A stretch of 64,000 bases of DNA, from the NCBI GenBank assembly GCA_965287045.1, contig OZ336889.1, positions 32,426,001 to 32,490,000 of the forward strand. Direction: 5' to 3'. The notes under the pieces are model-generated. The model was not told where the DNA came from and made no database searches. It saw nothing but the letters and a program-made list of their open reading frames with translations. How positions within the stretch are numbered: position 1 is the stretch's first letter; every line of letters starts with the position of its first letter. The DNA comes from Carcharhinus amblyrhynchos. Lineage: Eukaryota. Below, in pieces: positions 1 to 11,101 of the stretch. Made by a program: the position numbers and the translations under genes.

Positions 1-63
1 TAGACTGTCAATTAGGACAAAATTATGAATGGTTTAGTGCTATCCTGATGAGGAACTGGATTG

Positions 64-176
64 AGACTACCAAACAAAAACAGAAAATGCTGGAAAATCT
101 CAGGTCAGACAGCATCTGTGGGGAGAGAATAGAGCCAACGTTTTGAGTCTAGATGATCCTTCATCAGACTACCAAA
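64..176 (-). mobile_element. short Penelope-like-derived repeat with hammerhead-like core and flanking direct repeat
   Basis: Typical shark repeat 'aaacagaaaatgctggaaaatctcag..gacagcatctgtgg'. Minus strand reads CTGATGA-AGGATCATCTAGACTC-AAAAC. AGACTACCAAA occurs at 64-74 and 166-176. Confidence 0.65.
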
Positions 177-2147
177 ACTCATATCACACAGGACGCTTAC
201 CCACAATAGAAATAGAGATTTTGCATTCTGACAAGTTGCAGAGTAAAAAAGGTTATATCCAATTCACAGCATCATCCACTTGCATGAACACTTCACATGC
301 ATTTACACGTTGACTAAACTAAAAACCTTTTGCATTTTACCATTAAAAGGAGAATTAAAACCAGCAGTCGCCACGATCCTGTTATAAAGTCAATGGCGTT
401 CAGTTATTGAATCCATTGACCTGTTGCTTACAACGTGGCACTTCTTAGTGTGAATTTTGTTTTGTGAAGAAGCGACTGGAATGAAATGTGAAGGTTTATG
501 TAACCATGGTAACAGTGATGTGAAGAGAAACATAATTTATTTTATATCACAATTTCTAAGTGAGAATACATCTTCTGTCATGGAAATAAGAAAAAGGCCT
601 GAGGTATCCAATGTGGTGACGCTAGGAATCCATGTGAGGTGAAGTGCTTTCTGTGTTTGCACTGGGGCTAGCTTCAGGGCTCTTTTGGACACCAAGCATT
701 ACAAATGACAAGCATCACTGTCATGAAATATGACACCTGCAATACCTTTTGAAGTGGATAAAGCATTGCTCTGGTATTCAGTACCAGTCATTGACCCACG
801 TGGAAACAACGCATTCTCTACAGCTCTAAAGACCACAAGCTTAGTTTTCATGGCACTGGTGCCCTTTGGCATGATACATATCTAGTTTGCTGGATACCAT
901 ATTGAGTCTGTCCCTGCCAAGAGAAAGGTCTTCAAGTTCTGGTGAGGAAAGCATTACAGGCGGACTGAATTATCAGACCATGTTTTTGTGATCTTGGCCT
1001 TGTCGTTGTCAAGTGCCAATGTTGAAAAGCTGATTTTTGAGATGAAAATCTTGCAGGTCAGAAAGAGAGCAAAAATGTCCAAGGGAACACTGAAATGATT
1101 TATTGCAAGCTCAGTATTTGAAAAATGTCTCATTTAAATAGGGTGTAGATAGATCCACTGTTCTACTCTCTCAGTCTCGGACCATTTACCAAAAAATTTA
1201 ATCAATAGATTCATCAATAATCATTTTTACATCAAATTAACACTGAATTTGATGAAGCGGAAATATCACAAAAATAGTACCAAAACATAAAAGCAGTGTA
1301 TAAAATGTTAATTGACAAAAATGTGAATGGGTGAAAATACATTGGAGTCTGCTGTAGTTTTGCTGCCAACATTACCTCTTCATGTCTAACCTCCAAGGGG
1401 ACTATCTTCTCTCAAAATGACATTGGAAAGCAAAGTTGTGGATGTGGAAACTGTAATGGATATATATTTAATGAATGCCAAACGTTTTCAAATGTTCTGT
1501 TTATTTTATCAATTCCGTGCCAAAATGCAACAATCAAATCCAGTCACTTGTTTTTTGCTGCAATTAAATCTCTAAAATCTATTCTCTAAATGTGTATTAC
1601 ACCCCAATTGAGAAATTTCAGTCAGCTACGGAAATTTGTACAGTAACTCACTACTTCTACATCCCATTCAACCCAATAAAAAAGATACTTTTTATGAATA
1701 CTTATTTTGGTTGAATTTGAGTAGACTATCCCCTATGATTTAGCTTCCTGCATTTAAACTACTAAATTTAGTTATCTTGTCTTGGCAACGAACTCATAGG
1801 CCCAGTTTATTAGGGATCTGTATGTTTGCAGTTAAGAAATGGGCACGAGAGTTAACAGTGCAGACTTATGAATGCTGGTAACCAGGAACCTGACCTAATT
1901 GAAGAACAGTGTAACAGCAACCATTTTTGTTGCAGAAATATTGTGAAATGTGGTGTTGCAGTATTGTTATAGTTTCATGGTATAATGTGAAGCCGCCAAA
2001 TTTATTTTGCAGGCGAATACCAGACAGACAATCAGGAAAAAAGGACTGTACATGCATAAACTGTGCTTCATAGTTATTTTAATATTCCATTTTATAACAT
2101 TGCTTCTTATTAATGTAAGCTCCCCACAAACCCTGCACCCAGCATCA

Positions 2148-2217
2148 CTCCCAGACAAGCCATGAACCCTCCACTGTTGATTCTCCCAGTCAAGCCATGA
2201 ACCCTCCACTGTTGATT
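2148..2217. repeat. 35-bp tandem duplication (2 copies, 1 mismatch)
   Basis: ctcccagWcaagccatgaaccctccactgttgatt at 2148-2182 and 2183-2217. Confidence 0.9.
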
Positions 2218-3004
2218 GGCGAATGTCAGCAACTAGAGTGACATACCTATACCTGTGCCAATGAGATGAGCCACCCAACACATCAAGAATTATCAAAATC
2301 ACAAGATCATAAAATAGTGCAGTACCCATTGACAAGGAAGCCTATTATAGCTCATCTGTGCTGAAAGATCATTCATATAACATGCAAATATTCTCAAGTA
2401 AATGAACAAGGGCTGATGTCTCCACTGTTCTATTCTGCAAGTTCATTGTGTGTTTTGATCAACCTTTCAGTGAAAAACAACTAGTGAAAAATTATAATTT
2501 TGCCATTTAATGGTTTGAACCTGTGTGGCCTTGTCATAGTTTAGTTTGAAGTTGTATCCCGGATCTATCTTTTTTCTGCTTGCATAACTGCCTTCAGTTG
2601 CTTTCAAATACCAAAGATGAAAAAGCCATGTGTCTCCAGTTGCTGGTCTCTCTCTTGGGCAGTTGTGGTAATATAACCAACAGGAAAGTGCAAGTGAAAT
2701 CCAGCTTGTTAGGTAGATTTCAGTACCTCTGGAGATAGTGGTCTCTTGTCTATAGTAGCACACTGCCAAGGAAGTTAAAGCTTGTATTTACTGCAATATA
2801 TATCAAATCAGCACCACAGCGTCTGTTTACCTACAGTGTGATTAGAGTGACTTTTTAAGAATTTTACATGAAGTACCACAATGAAGCTGAGCACAATTTT
2901 GCCTTCCATGCTGTATTGTCCAATTATTTCATCTCATCTGCAAAAATCTTGTTTAGGTTATTGAACAGAACAACAATTAAAGCAGCAGTAATATGGTGCA
3001 TTCA

Positions 3005-3345
3005 ATGTAGTAAATTGCTTCAGTGTTTCACAGCGGCATTATTGAACAAAATATAACACCAAGTCACATTATGAAGGACAATTTGGTCAAAGAGGTAGGT
3101 GTAAATAAGCACCTGAAGAGAAAGCTAGAGAAGCGAAAGGTTTGGGATGGGAATTTCAGAGCTCAGGACGCAGGCAGCTGAAAGCACTAGCAAAAATGGC
3201 ATAACAATTAAAAATCAAGGGTACACAAGAGGTCGGAGTGCAGAGGTATTAAAAGGAGTGTGGGACTGGAGGAGGTTGCCAAGATAGGGAGGGGTGTGGC
3301 CAGGAAGAATTTGGAAACCAGAATGAGAATTTTAAAATTGAAGTT
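3005..3345 (-). mobile_element. decayed L2-type LINE 3' end
   Basis: Resembles the reverse complement of the recalled shark L2 terminus (ttggtcaaagaggtaggt...gaatgagaattttaaa) and of the copy at 56460-57045. Confidence 0.5.
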
Positions 3346-4749
3346 GTACAGAGCTCAGTTAATATGTGATTACATGTGCATGGGTGTGAATTCACTGTTG
3401 GTGAACACAGACTTCTCCAATCTGCATGTTAATATTCACAAAACAATAATGCATAAAAATGAAAGAAGTGGAAAGGATGTTCGTGATTTTTTTTTGAAAA
3501 GCAGTGATGGAGCCTTGAGGTACTATTGACAATGATTTAGTACATCAAATGTTAACCTTTTTAAATCTGGGTTTGTGGAGTTTTCAGCTGATATTTGTGT
3601 AATCATGCATGTGATTCTGACTTTAAAGTCAGATTCATTGGATTATGGTAACGGAATAAGCTTAAATGCAGTTTTATTTTATGCTTTCCCCATGTACGTT
3701 TGTCCATTTTTCATGAAAAAAAAACCTTGATGGCTCTCCATTTTGACTATGGCACAGATATTCCTCTTTGTAAGGAGGTTCGCATAACAATAAGATGCAG
3801 CAAAAGACAAATGTCCACCAGATTGTAATGTGGTAGCTATTGGATATGTTTGGAGAAACTTGACTGACCATCAACAGGCAAATCAGATCTATAAAAACTG
3901 TTCTAGGTTTATTGGTACTGACATCCAACAAACAGTTTTCCTTTAACAATTGTTACCAGTAATACTCAAGAAGAACACATTTCTGTTGGTCAGGCATTCA
4001 TATTGTGTTGTCCTTAAAGCTACTGTGAGATAAGAAGTATAAGTTATAGGTGTATGAATATTGGAAAAGGGAGTCATTCACTTATGACATAGGATTGTAG
4101 AGTTTTACTGGTTTTAGATCATATTGTTCAAACATTTACTTGAGTTCCTTTTTTTTAAAAAAAAAGTAAATTGAGCAAGTTAAAATCTTAACTTAATGTT
4201 GGGTTACATTCTTCTGTTGTATCACTGAGAACATTACTCTATTCCACCTTCTTTCCTGTCACTCTGCACCTCCTCTTCGCATGAATTTTTCAATCCGCAT
4301 TTCTCCACTCCTCACTATTTCCATTACAATCAAACTATATGCCCATGACAGATAGATTCTGGAAGAACTGCACGACTTTCACTGCAATGCTCCCTTATTT
4401 TCAATCATGTTTCACACATTCTGAGGAAGAAGAAAACCTCCAGAAGAAGCAACGATTTCCCCCTCTGAGTGTTGGCCATCATGAGCAGGGGAGAGGGATT
4501 CTGGAGGAGGAATTGCAGATTATTATTTCCCACCTTATCCTCTTTTTCTTCCTTTCTGACTCCTATTGCATCCTCTTCACTGTAAAAAATTTTTCCTCTG
4601 CTAAATTTCAGGTATCGAAATGTTCAACATTGCAGGAAGAGGTGGTCAGTCTTCCTGAAGGTACATCGTTCCTCAATTTCACCCTAGCAAGCACCATCTC
4701 AGTAACTGCTACCTTGGATATTTGAGAGTGTAGTTTAACAGTGCAGCCA

Positions 4750-4962
4750 GAGTCAGTTAGCTCAGTCAACTGGATGGCTGGTTAGTGATGAAGAGTGACA
4801 CTAACAGAGTAGGTTCAATTCCTGTGCTCACTGAAGTTATTTATGAAGACTTGCCTTCACAATCTTGCCCCTCACCTGAGGTTAAAAATCACCACTAGTC
4901 AGTTCACCCCATCGAAGAGGAGAGCAGCCTATGGTCATCTGGGACTACACAACTTTATCTTT
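4750..4962 (+). mobile_element. tRNA-headed SINE
   Basis: A-box-like TAGCTCAGTC and B-box GGTTCAATTCC (4812-4822). The 3' part 'gagagcagcctatggtcatctgggact...acttta' recurs at 10962-11101. Confidence 0.7.
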
Positions 4963-5479
4963 CCAGCAAGGTGCACCATACCAAGATGCTACAGTCAGCT
5001 GCGCTCTTGAGGCTCAGAACTGCTTGAAGTTACCTATCACAGCCATCTGTTTGTCCTTAATGGAAACATAACTAGCCTTCCATCTCCCAATCTGTTGGCA
5101 GAGGGGAAAAAGATTTTGTAGGAATACCATAAAGGTGCACATAAAATAGAAACTGATGAGTTTCACAAGGTTCATTCTTATTTAATGTTAAATGATATAC
5201 ACAGAATGTTTTTTTTCTGGATTTGGTATTGGTGTTAATATTTGCAATAGAGAGTAAGGCCCTAAATACGGAGTGATGGGAATCAATTGATTAGTGGTTG
5301 CAAGGACAGTGATGAGAAAGGTTGCTGGACTATCAGTGTACTGAGAATGGGAGGGATGGTCCACTTGAATTATGATTGGATGTGGTGCTCTCAAAGCGAG
5401 CTGGCAGCTAGGGGGACCGGCAGCTAATGCTGCTTTTCTTGCTCCTCCTTCTGTACTTCTTGTTGCCCAGCTTGATGTC

Positions 5480-6200
5480 TTATTATGCCAGAGTTATGCA
5501 GCAATTGACTAACAACTGGATACGCAGTCATGGCTGATCTGCAAACCTCTTCCCAAATGCATCAGGCAGTGGAAGCATTGATTGAGCTTGCAGACAGTCT
5601 GCTTGAGCAGTGTAGGTCTTGTTGCATGCCACTTCTCCATCTGGAACATAGTATGGGAGTCGTTGTTCAAAAATGAAGGGGCTATTTCTCATCACCTAAT
5701 GGCCAGCCTGTGACTTGATGGTCTTGTTGGAATTAAGGTGGCACAGAGAACTAATAAAGAATGAATTAGCCATAATAGCTGCAAGAAAACGGGGGACTAA
5801 TCTCCATGGCACATTATCTGTTGTCTTCTTTTGTTTGGGTTATATCCTTTTCTGTTCTGAAAGTTGCCAGGGAAGCAGGCAAGGTGATATGGGTGCAGCC
5901 CTGTGCATCTTGAGTCTGGGAAAACCTACTGAAACTTTGTGCTCTCTCCTCCTGTTTAATTCTGCCCATTGTGAAAGTGATATCTTTGTTCCCCTGGATG
6001 CAGAAAGCCTTGGTGATTTCCCAGTGGCAGGAAATGAGGGGATACCACTGATTTAAGCTGTTTCAAGCTGGATGGAACCTGTTGCATTAAAGTCACGGAC
6101 CAGGGTAATTGTGACAACCAGAAATAATGCTGTCATATCCTGGTTTGCAGCAGTGGCAGGTGATGTAGTCTACCTCATTGAAGAAATGATGTTGCTCCTC
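5480..6200 (-). pseudogene. PIF/Harbinger (HARBI1-like) transposase fossil
   Basis: Manual minus-strand translation across frameshifts gives ordered motifs TALFLVVTITLVRDFNATGSIQ, VGFP, CTHITL, LGDEK*PL, NQCFHCL, LWHN. These correspond to Harbinger ALNF.ATGSFQ, GFP, DCTHV, LGDKGYPL, KMRFRCL, LHN. Confidence 0.7.
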
Positions 6201-6429
6201 TCAGGAGGAGAGTTTTGAGAGGTGATGATTGTGGGCAGTATTTCCTATGCATTGTCCTCCCTTTTCAGTTGTCCCCAGCTGCTTCTGCCCTCTTCTGTTT
6301 CCTTCCATCCCCTGCCCACATCCTCACAGTTGTCCTATTTGCTCTCCCAAGTGGTAGCCATGGCTCAGCAGGTAACAGTCTCACCACTGAGTTAAAAAAT
6401 GGTGGGTTCAGGTCCTACTCCAGAGTAGC

Positions 6430-6718
6430 GAGTACAATGTACACTGACACTCCAGTGTAGCACGGAGGAGTGCTGCATTGTTGGAAATTCGATCTTTTGG
6501 ACGAGATATTAAACAAGGCTATTCTCTCGCCAACATCATAAAAACAGATTATCTGGTCGTTATCATACGACTGTTTGTGAAAGCTCATTGTGCACAAATT
6601 CACTGCCACATTTCCCCCATTATAGCAATGGTTACACTTCAAAAATGCTTCAATGACTGTACAGTGCTTTGGCCTGGCCTGAGGTTGTGAAAGGCGCTAT
6701 ACAAATACAAGTCTTCAT
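6430..6718 (+). mobile_element. Deu-domain SINE (AmnSINE1/SacSINE1-like), 5'-truncated
   Basis: 'ggagtgctgcattgttgga...cttttggacgagatattaaacaaggc' Deu-like core and L2-type tail 'tgaaaggcgctatacaaatacaagtc'. Confidence 0.65.
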
Positions 6719-9700
6719 TTTCTCTCCCCAGCCCCCAGTTCTAGAGGCCGACTTGCCAAATCAGCCTTATTTGGAATAAACCGAATTTGAAGGCGGACGA
6801 TAGCAGCTCGGCACCAGAAACAATGTTGTGAGCGGAAGTTACAAATCAATTGTAATGCCCAAAACGGGCAACGGAATAAAATACCTGGTGTTGCTCACCC
6901 CGCTGAAAGAACAAGCCAACAACAACGCTGAATGAACTATTTAAACAGCTTTGCCGGGGACAGAGCCATCCTGTTAGTGCCATTAAGTGGGGGTGGGGTT
7001 GGTTGTTATTCCCACGATTTGCTAATCGAGTTTATTACACGGCAGTTCAGGCATTGGGGAAAACCAATTTCACAAAAGGGGCCCCAACAATAAGTAGGAG
7101 ACCCTTATTTAAATATTATGGGGAACACCTGTGACACTTGCAGGGTGCGGTCCGGATGTTTATCATGGTTGATCGGATCTGCTGGCCGTGTATTGGGGCC
7201 AGTTTTGCATTCGTGAAATGAGCACACAGAATCCAATTTCTAGGCCCCTTTCTGTTTATTCCTCATCACTAAATAAAATCTCAGCAGATATTGATAATTG
7301 ATCGACATTCAGATATTGATCGTATTTTAGAGATCACACAAGTGGGTGATCTATCTAGTGCAATTGCCCAATCTCCATTCCGCGCTCTCTTTCAGTGATA
7401 TTAACTTCACTTACAATCATCATTTTGTGATACTGGTGGCAGCCAGCACAGGAAACACGCGTGTGGTTTACCACACCAGTTGTACGATCAGACAAAGATA
7501 TGCAGGGTAATAATGTTTTGCAACATGTTCAATACTACTAATCTAATGGATGTCTGAAAGCAGGAATCCGATTGGTCATTTTTGGTCAGTATCTTCAGTT
7601 TATCCACTGTTTTTTCAGTTATATAAGATTTAATTTGTGGACCGTTTTAACTTGACACCGCAAATTTTAAACACCTCAGTACCTTAAATCTTAGTGCACA
7701 TTATTGGACAAATCAGTACTTTTAAAAAGAAAATGCAGGTTAAAGCTTACCGACAACTCCCCATGCTGTGTGGATTTGAGGTTGCGGTCTGACCTCAGCA
7801 TCTGAATAAAGCTTTCTGGGGCTCCACGTTTGCACCAATTAAATGACTTATGTGCTCTCTTAAGTGGAACAAACATAATGTAAAGGCAGCCCTTGGGCTG
7901 TTATAACTAACACAACACGTCAGAGGAAACGTAACCAAAGTAAAATCTTATCACGGGGGAGAGGGGGTGCACCTCAGCCCCTGAGGTGTCCACCGGTCAC
8001 GAAGGTCTCTCCAAGGCCTTGTGAAGTGAATGTGTTTGATGTGCAAAACTAGATACAACTGTGAGCTCCCATGCGGATCATGCTCCCCACGTACACGTGG
8101 GGACAGTATCTCCCAGCTGAATACGCTATTACACCTATAGTGAACCTTGAGAAAACAAGAACCTGCCATTGACAAGAATAAAGTTAGACTTTAGAAGGGG
8201 CTTATACCCTAACAGAAAGAAGTCCCTGCGAGAACGGAGACAAAGGCACAACTCTGCTTCTCATGATTTTTCACTGTTAGAAATATATTTTAAAAAGACT
8301 AAGTATTGTTCATAAAATGTCCGGGCGTGCTTTAATGGACCTCTGGGTATATTTTAACGCTTGCTTCATTCTGGACAATACTGCCAACAGCACATCGCAC
8401 GCAGGGACCCATGGGCGAGGCGGCGAACGGGTGGTCGGTATAACTGCAGGTTGAGATTGCTGGAGGGAAAAGGGCACCAGGGTTTTTCTCTAATGGTTAA
8501 ATTAATGCACAGGACACGACCAGACAGAACAGGCTTGCCCAGGTTCCCAGGGAAACTGCTGATTATTTTAGTTCATTAAGTCTCAAACCATCCCAGCACC
8601 ACGATGTCCGACCGAGACTGTAACACCAGCTTTCTGACAGCAATTCAAACAAGAAGAACAGGAAAACACGACCAAGAGGAGGCCATTCAGCCCCTCGAAT
8701 CCGTTGGACAATTCCATTCGCTCAAGGCTGAGCTGTATCTCTACTCCATTTACCCACCTTCATCAAACCCTGGATCAGGGAACAGCCGAGCATCAAAATG
8801 CAATACTAGAAACCTCAAGATTCACCATTTACCGTTATGGTTCGCACAAATAAACTGACCGCGATAACGGAGCCTTTGCAATATTCTCTGTAATTTATAT
8901 TGATTGACCGTTCGAGTCAAAGTAATGAGAGAAATTTCACAATTTCTGCTTAGATTTTCCGCTTTCCTCTAGAAGTCCATTCCTGTTGCTATGCATTTAG
9001 TTATCCTGCAATATGCAACGAATTGCGATCTCTATCTGGAAATATCGTAAATGTTCTTCGAAAATGTGAGTAAGGAATACGCAAGAGAGATTTAACCAAA
9101 TTCAGCCACAAACGGATCCCGATGCAGGAGACTGGTTAAACATGATACTTTGAAAGAGAATTGTGTTTGAATTGAATGGACAGTACCATACGCCGTCCAG
9201 AGGCTGCTGTGTGTGATTAGACCACAAGGGCTATATGGGAGCTGTCCGTGGTCCTGAAATGCACAACACAAGAGACAGACTCGCAATCTCTCAGATGGGA
9301 TAGTGCATAGCTGGCTGACTGGCCGATGCTGACTCCAGGATTAGCACAAGCTTACTGTCCACATCTACATCCGGACTGAGCAAAGTGCGCGCTTCGTAAA
9401 GCAACAAACAGTGTGTTTCAATTAGCACATGCTGGTGACTTTGATCCTTAGTATTTGCTGCAGTTACATCTAATTTAAAAGATCCTAAATGATTGTACGT
9501 TCTGTAAAACATAAAAAAAAGCAGGAACCATGAACAGCCACAATTTATTTCCACATATTCTACTATTCCTTATTCGTTAGAACTTCCAGCTTTTAGCTTT
9601 CTCTTGATTTGCCTCCTGGTCTACCTCTGCAGCTTTATCCAGTTAATCTTTTAAGTTGATGGTCAAAAGGGAAAATAAATCCCGATTTTCTTTTCAAAGC

Positions 9701-10961
9701 AGCCACTTGCTGTTCATACCAATGCTCTACTGTTTTTGACATTATACATCAGCTAATAAAACAGTGGAGGATCAACTCTTGTGTCATAAATAATGCGCGG
9801 ATTAATTTATCACCATCGTACCTTTTTTTTATTAAGAAACACAAAATAAATTGGGTTTCTCTGCGCTTTCCAGCGTCATTTCACTTACATGTTTACATAT
9901 CACACAAAGGTTGTTTGAAGGCACATTCCCTTCACGTCTTTATGTCGAGTTAAGCAAACAGAAAGGCTGGCATTATCGTTAGCGGGTCAGAGCATTCGCT
10001 AGAGCAACGAATTTTTCCAACTCCCTTATGCGTTTAAATTTATTACAAAATTAGAATGTAGTTTTCACTTCTAGGTTATAATTTTCTGGTGTTGAACTTT
10101 TACAAAAAAAATTGACAAGATGGTTATTTAACGAGATGAAGTTCCGCGGTCTGGACTGGATACCTTGAAGATGAGGACATGATTCTAACTGAAATATCCC
10201 GACTGCCCGGTTATCCAAGCATTAACTTTCTGAGTTTACAATTACCAGTGATTAATGGAGGTTCCTGGTACTTGCTTCACCATGAAACCCGCCATAATTG
10301 CATGATTTATTCTTTACAGTGCTTTGTGCTGACCTGCAGAAATCAAATCAATGAACATATTGCAACTAAACACCTCAAACAAACAGGATATTCCCCCTCC
10401 TCCATTCCCCCGCCCCCGTCACTAGTGGGTTGGAATTCCAAATAATTATCCCTTCATGAACCAGGATTGGGGCAAAGCTGCAGTTCCGAACTGAAACTTT
10501 CACTGGTCCACTTTTGACCATTGTGAGGTCGGTCCCCGCACCATAGGCGCATAAATTACTATTTGCTGTTAACACTTTTGAATAACGAGACCGAACTAGA
10601 CCAAAACAAAACTCTAATCGAGTCAAATTATGGGCGGCACAGGGTATACACCAGAAACAGTGAAAATGTGCTTCCTACATCCCAGAATACCATGAATATC
10701 CAACATGGCCAACTCATGGGCTGTCTGAGTTATCACACACAGGCTAACGCTTGATCTCCATGGCCCGCATGTATGCAAGGAGAAGGTCTCCCCTTGGTTG
10801 ATGTGTTCTAATACCAATGAGTGGACATTGAATGACCGTTTTCTAAATAAGCGCATACTGTAACAATGTAAGTACCATCAGTGTTTAAATGCTTCTTACG
10901 GCAGAAAGCGCATGACAACAGCAGTCGTCCTCTTTACGGCACTTTGAGTATTATTCATGAG

Positions 10962-11101
10962 ATTATTCATGAAGAGTCCGCCTTCTCTACCTTGCCTTTC
11001 GCCTGAGGTGTGGTAATCCTCGGGTTAAATTACCACCAGTCAGCTCCCCCTCTCAAAGGGGAGAACAGCCTATGGTCATCTGGGACTTTGGCGACTTTAC
11101 A
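10962..11101 (+). mobile_element. 3' half of the same SINE family as 4750-4962
   Basis: Direct similarity: ttattcatgaag...cctgagg...accaccagtcagct...cagcctatggtcatctgggact...actttac. Confidence 0.75.

Noticed and set aside
2148-2217. CRISPR-like repeat
   Set aside because: Two abutting copies with no spacers, in vertebrate DNA.
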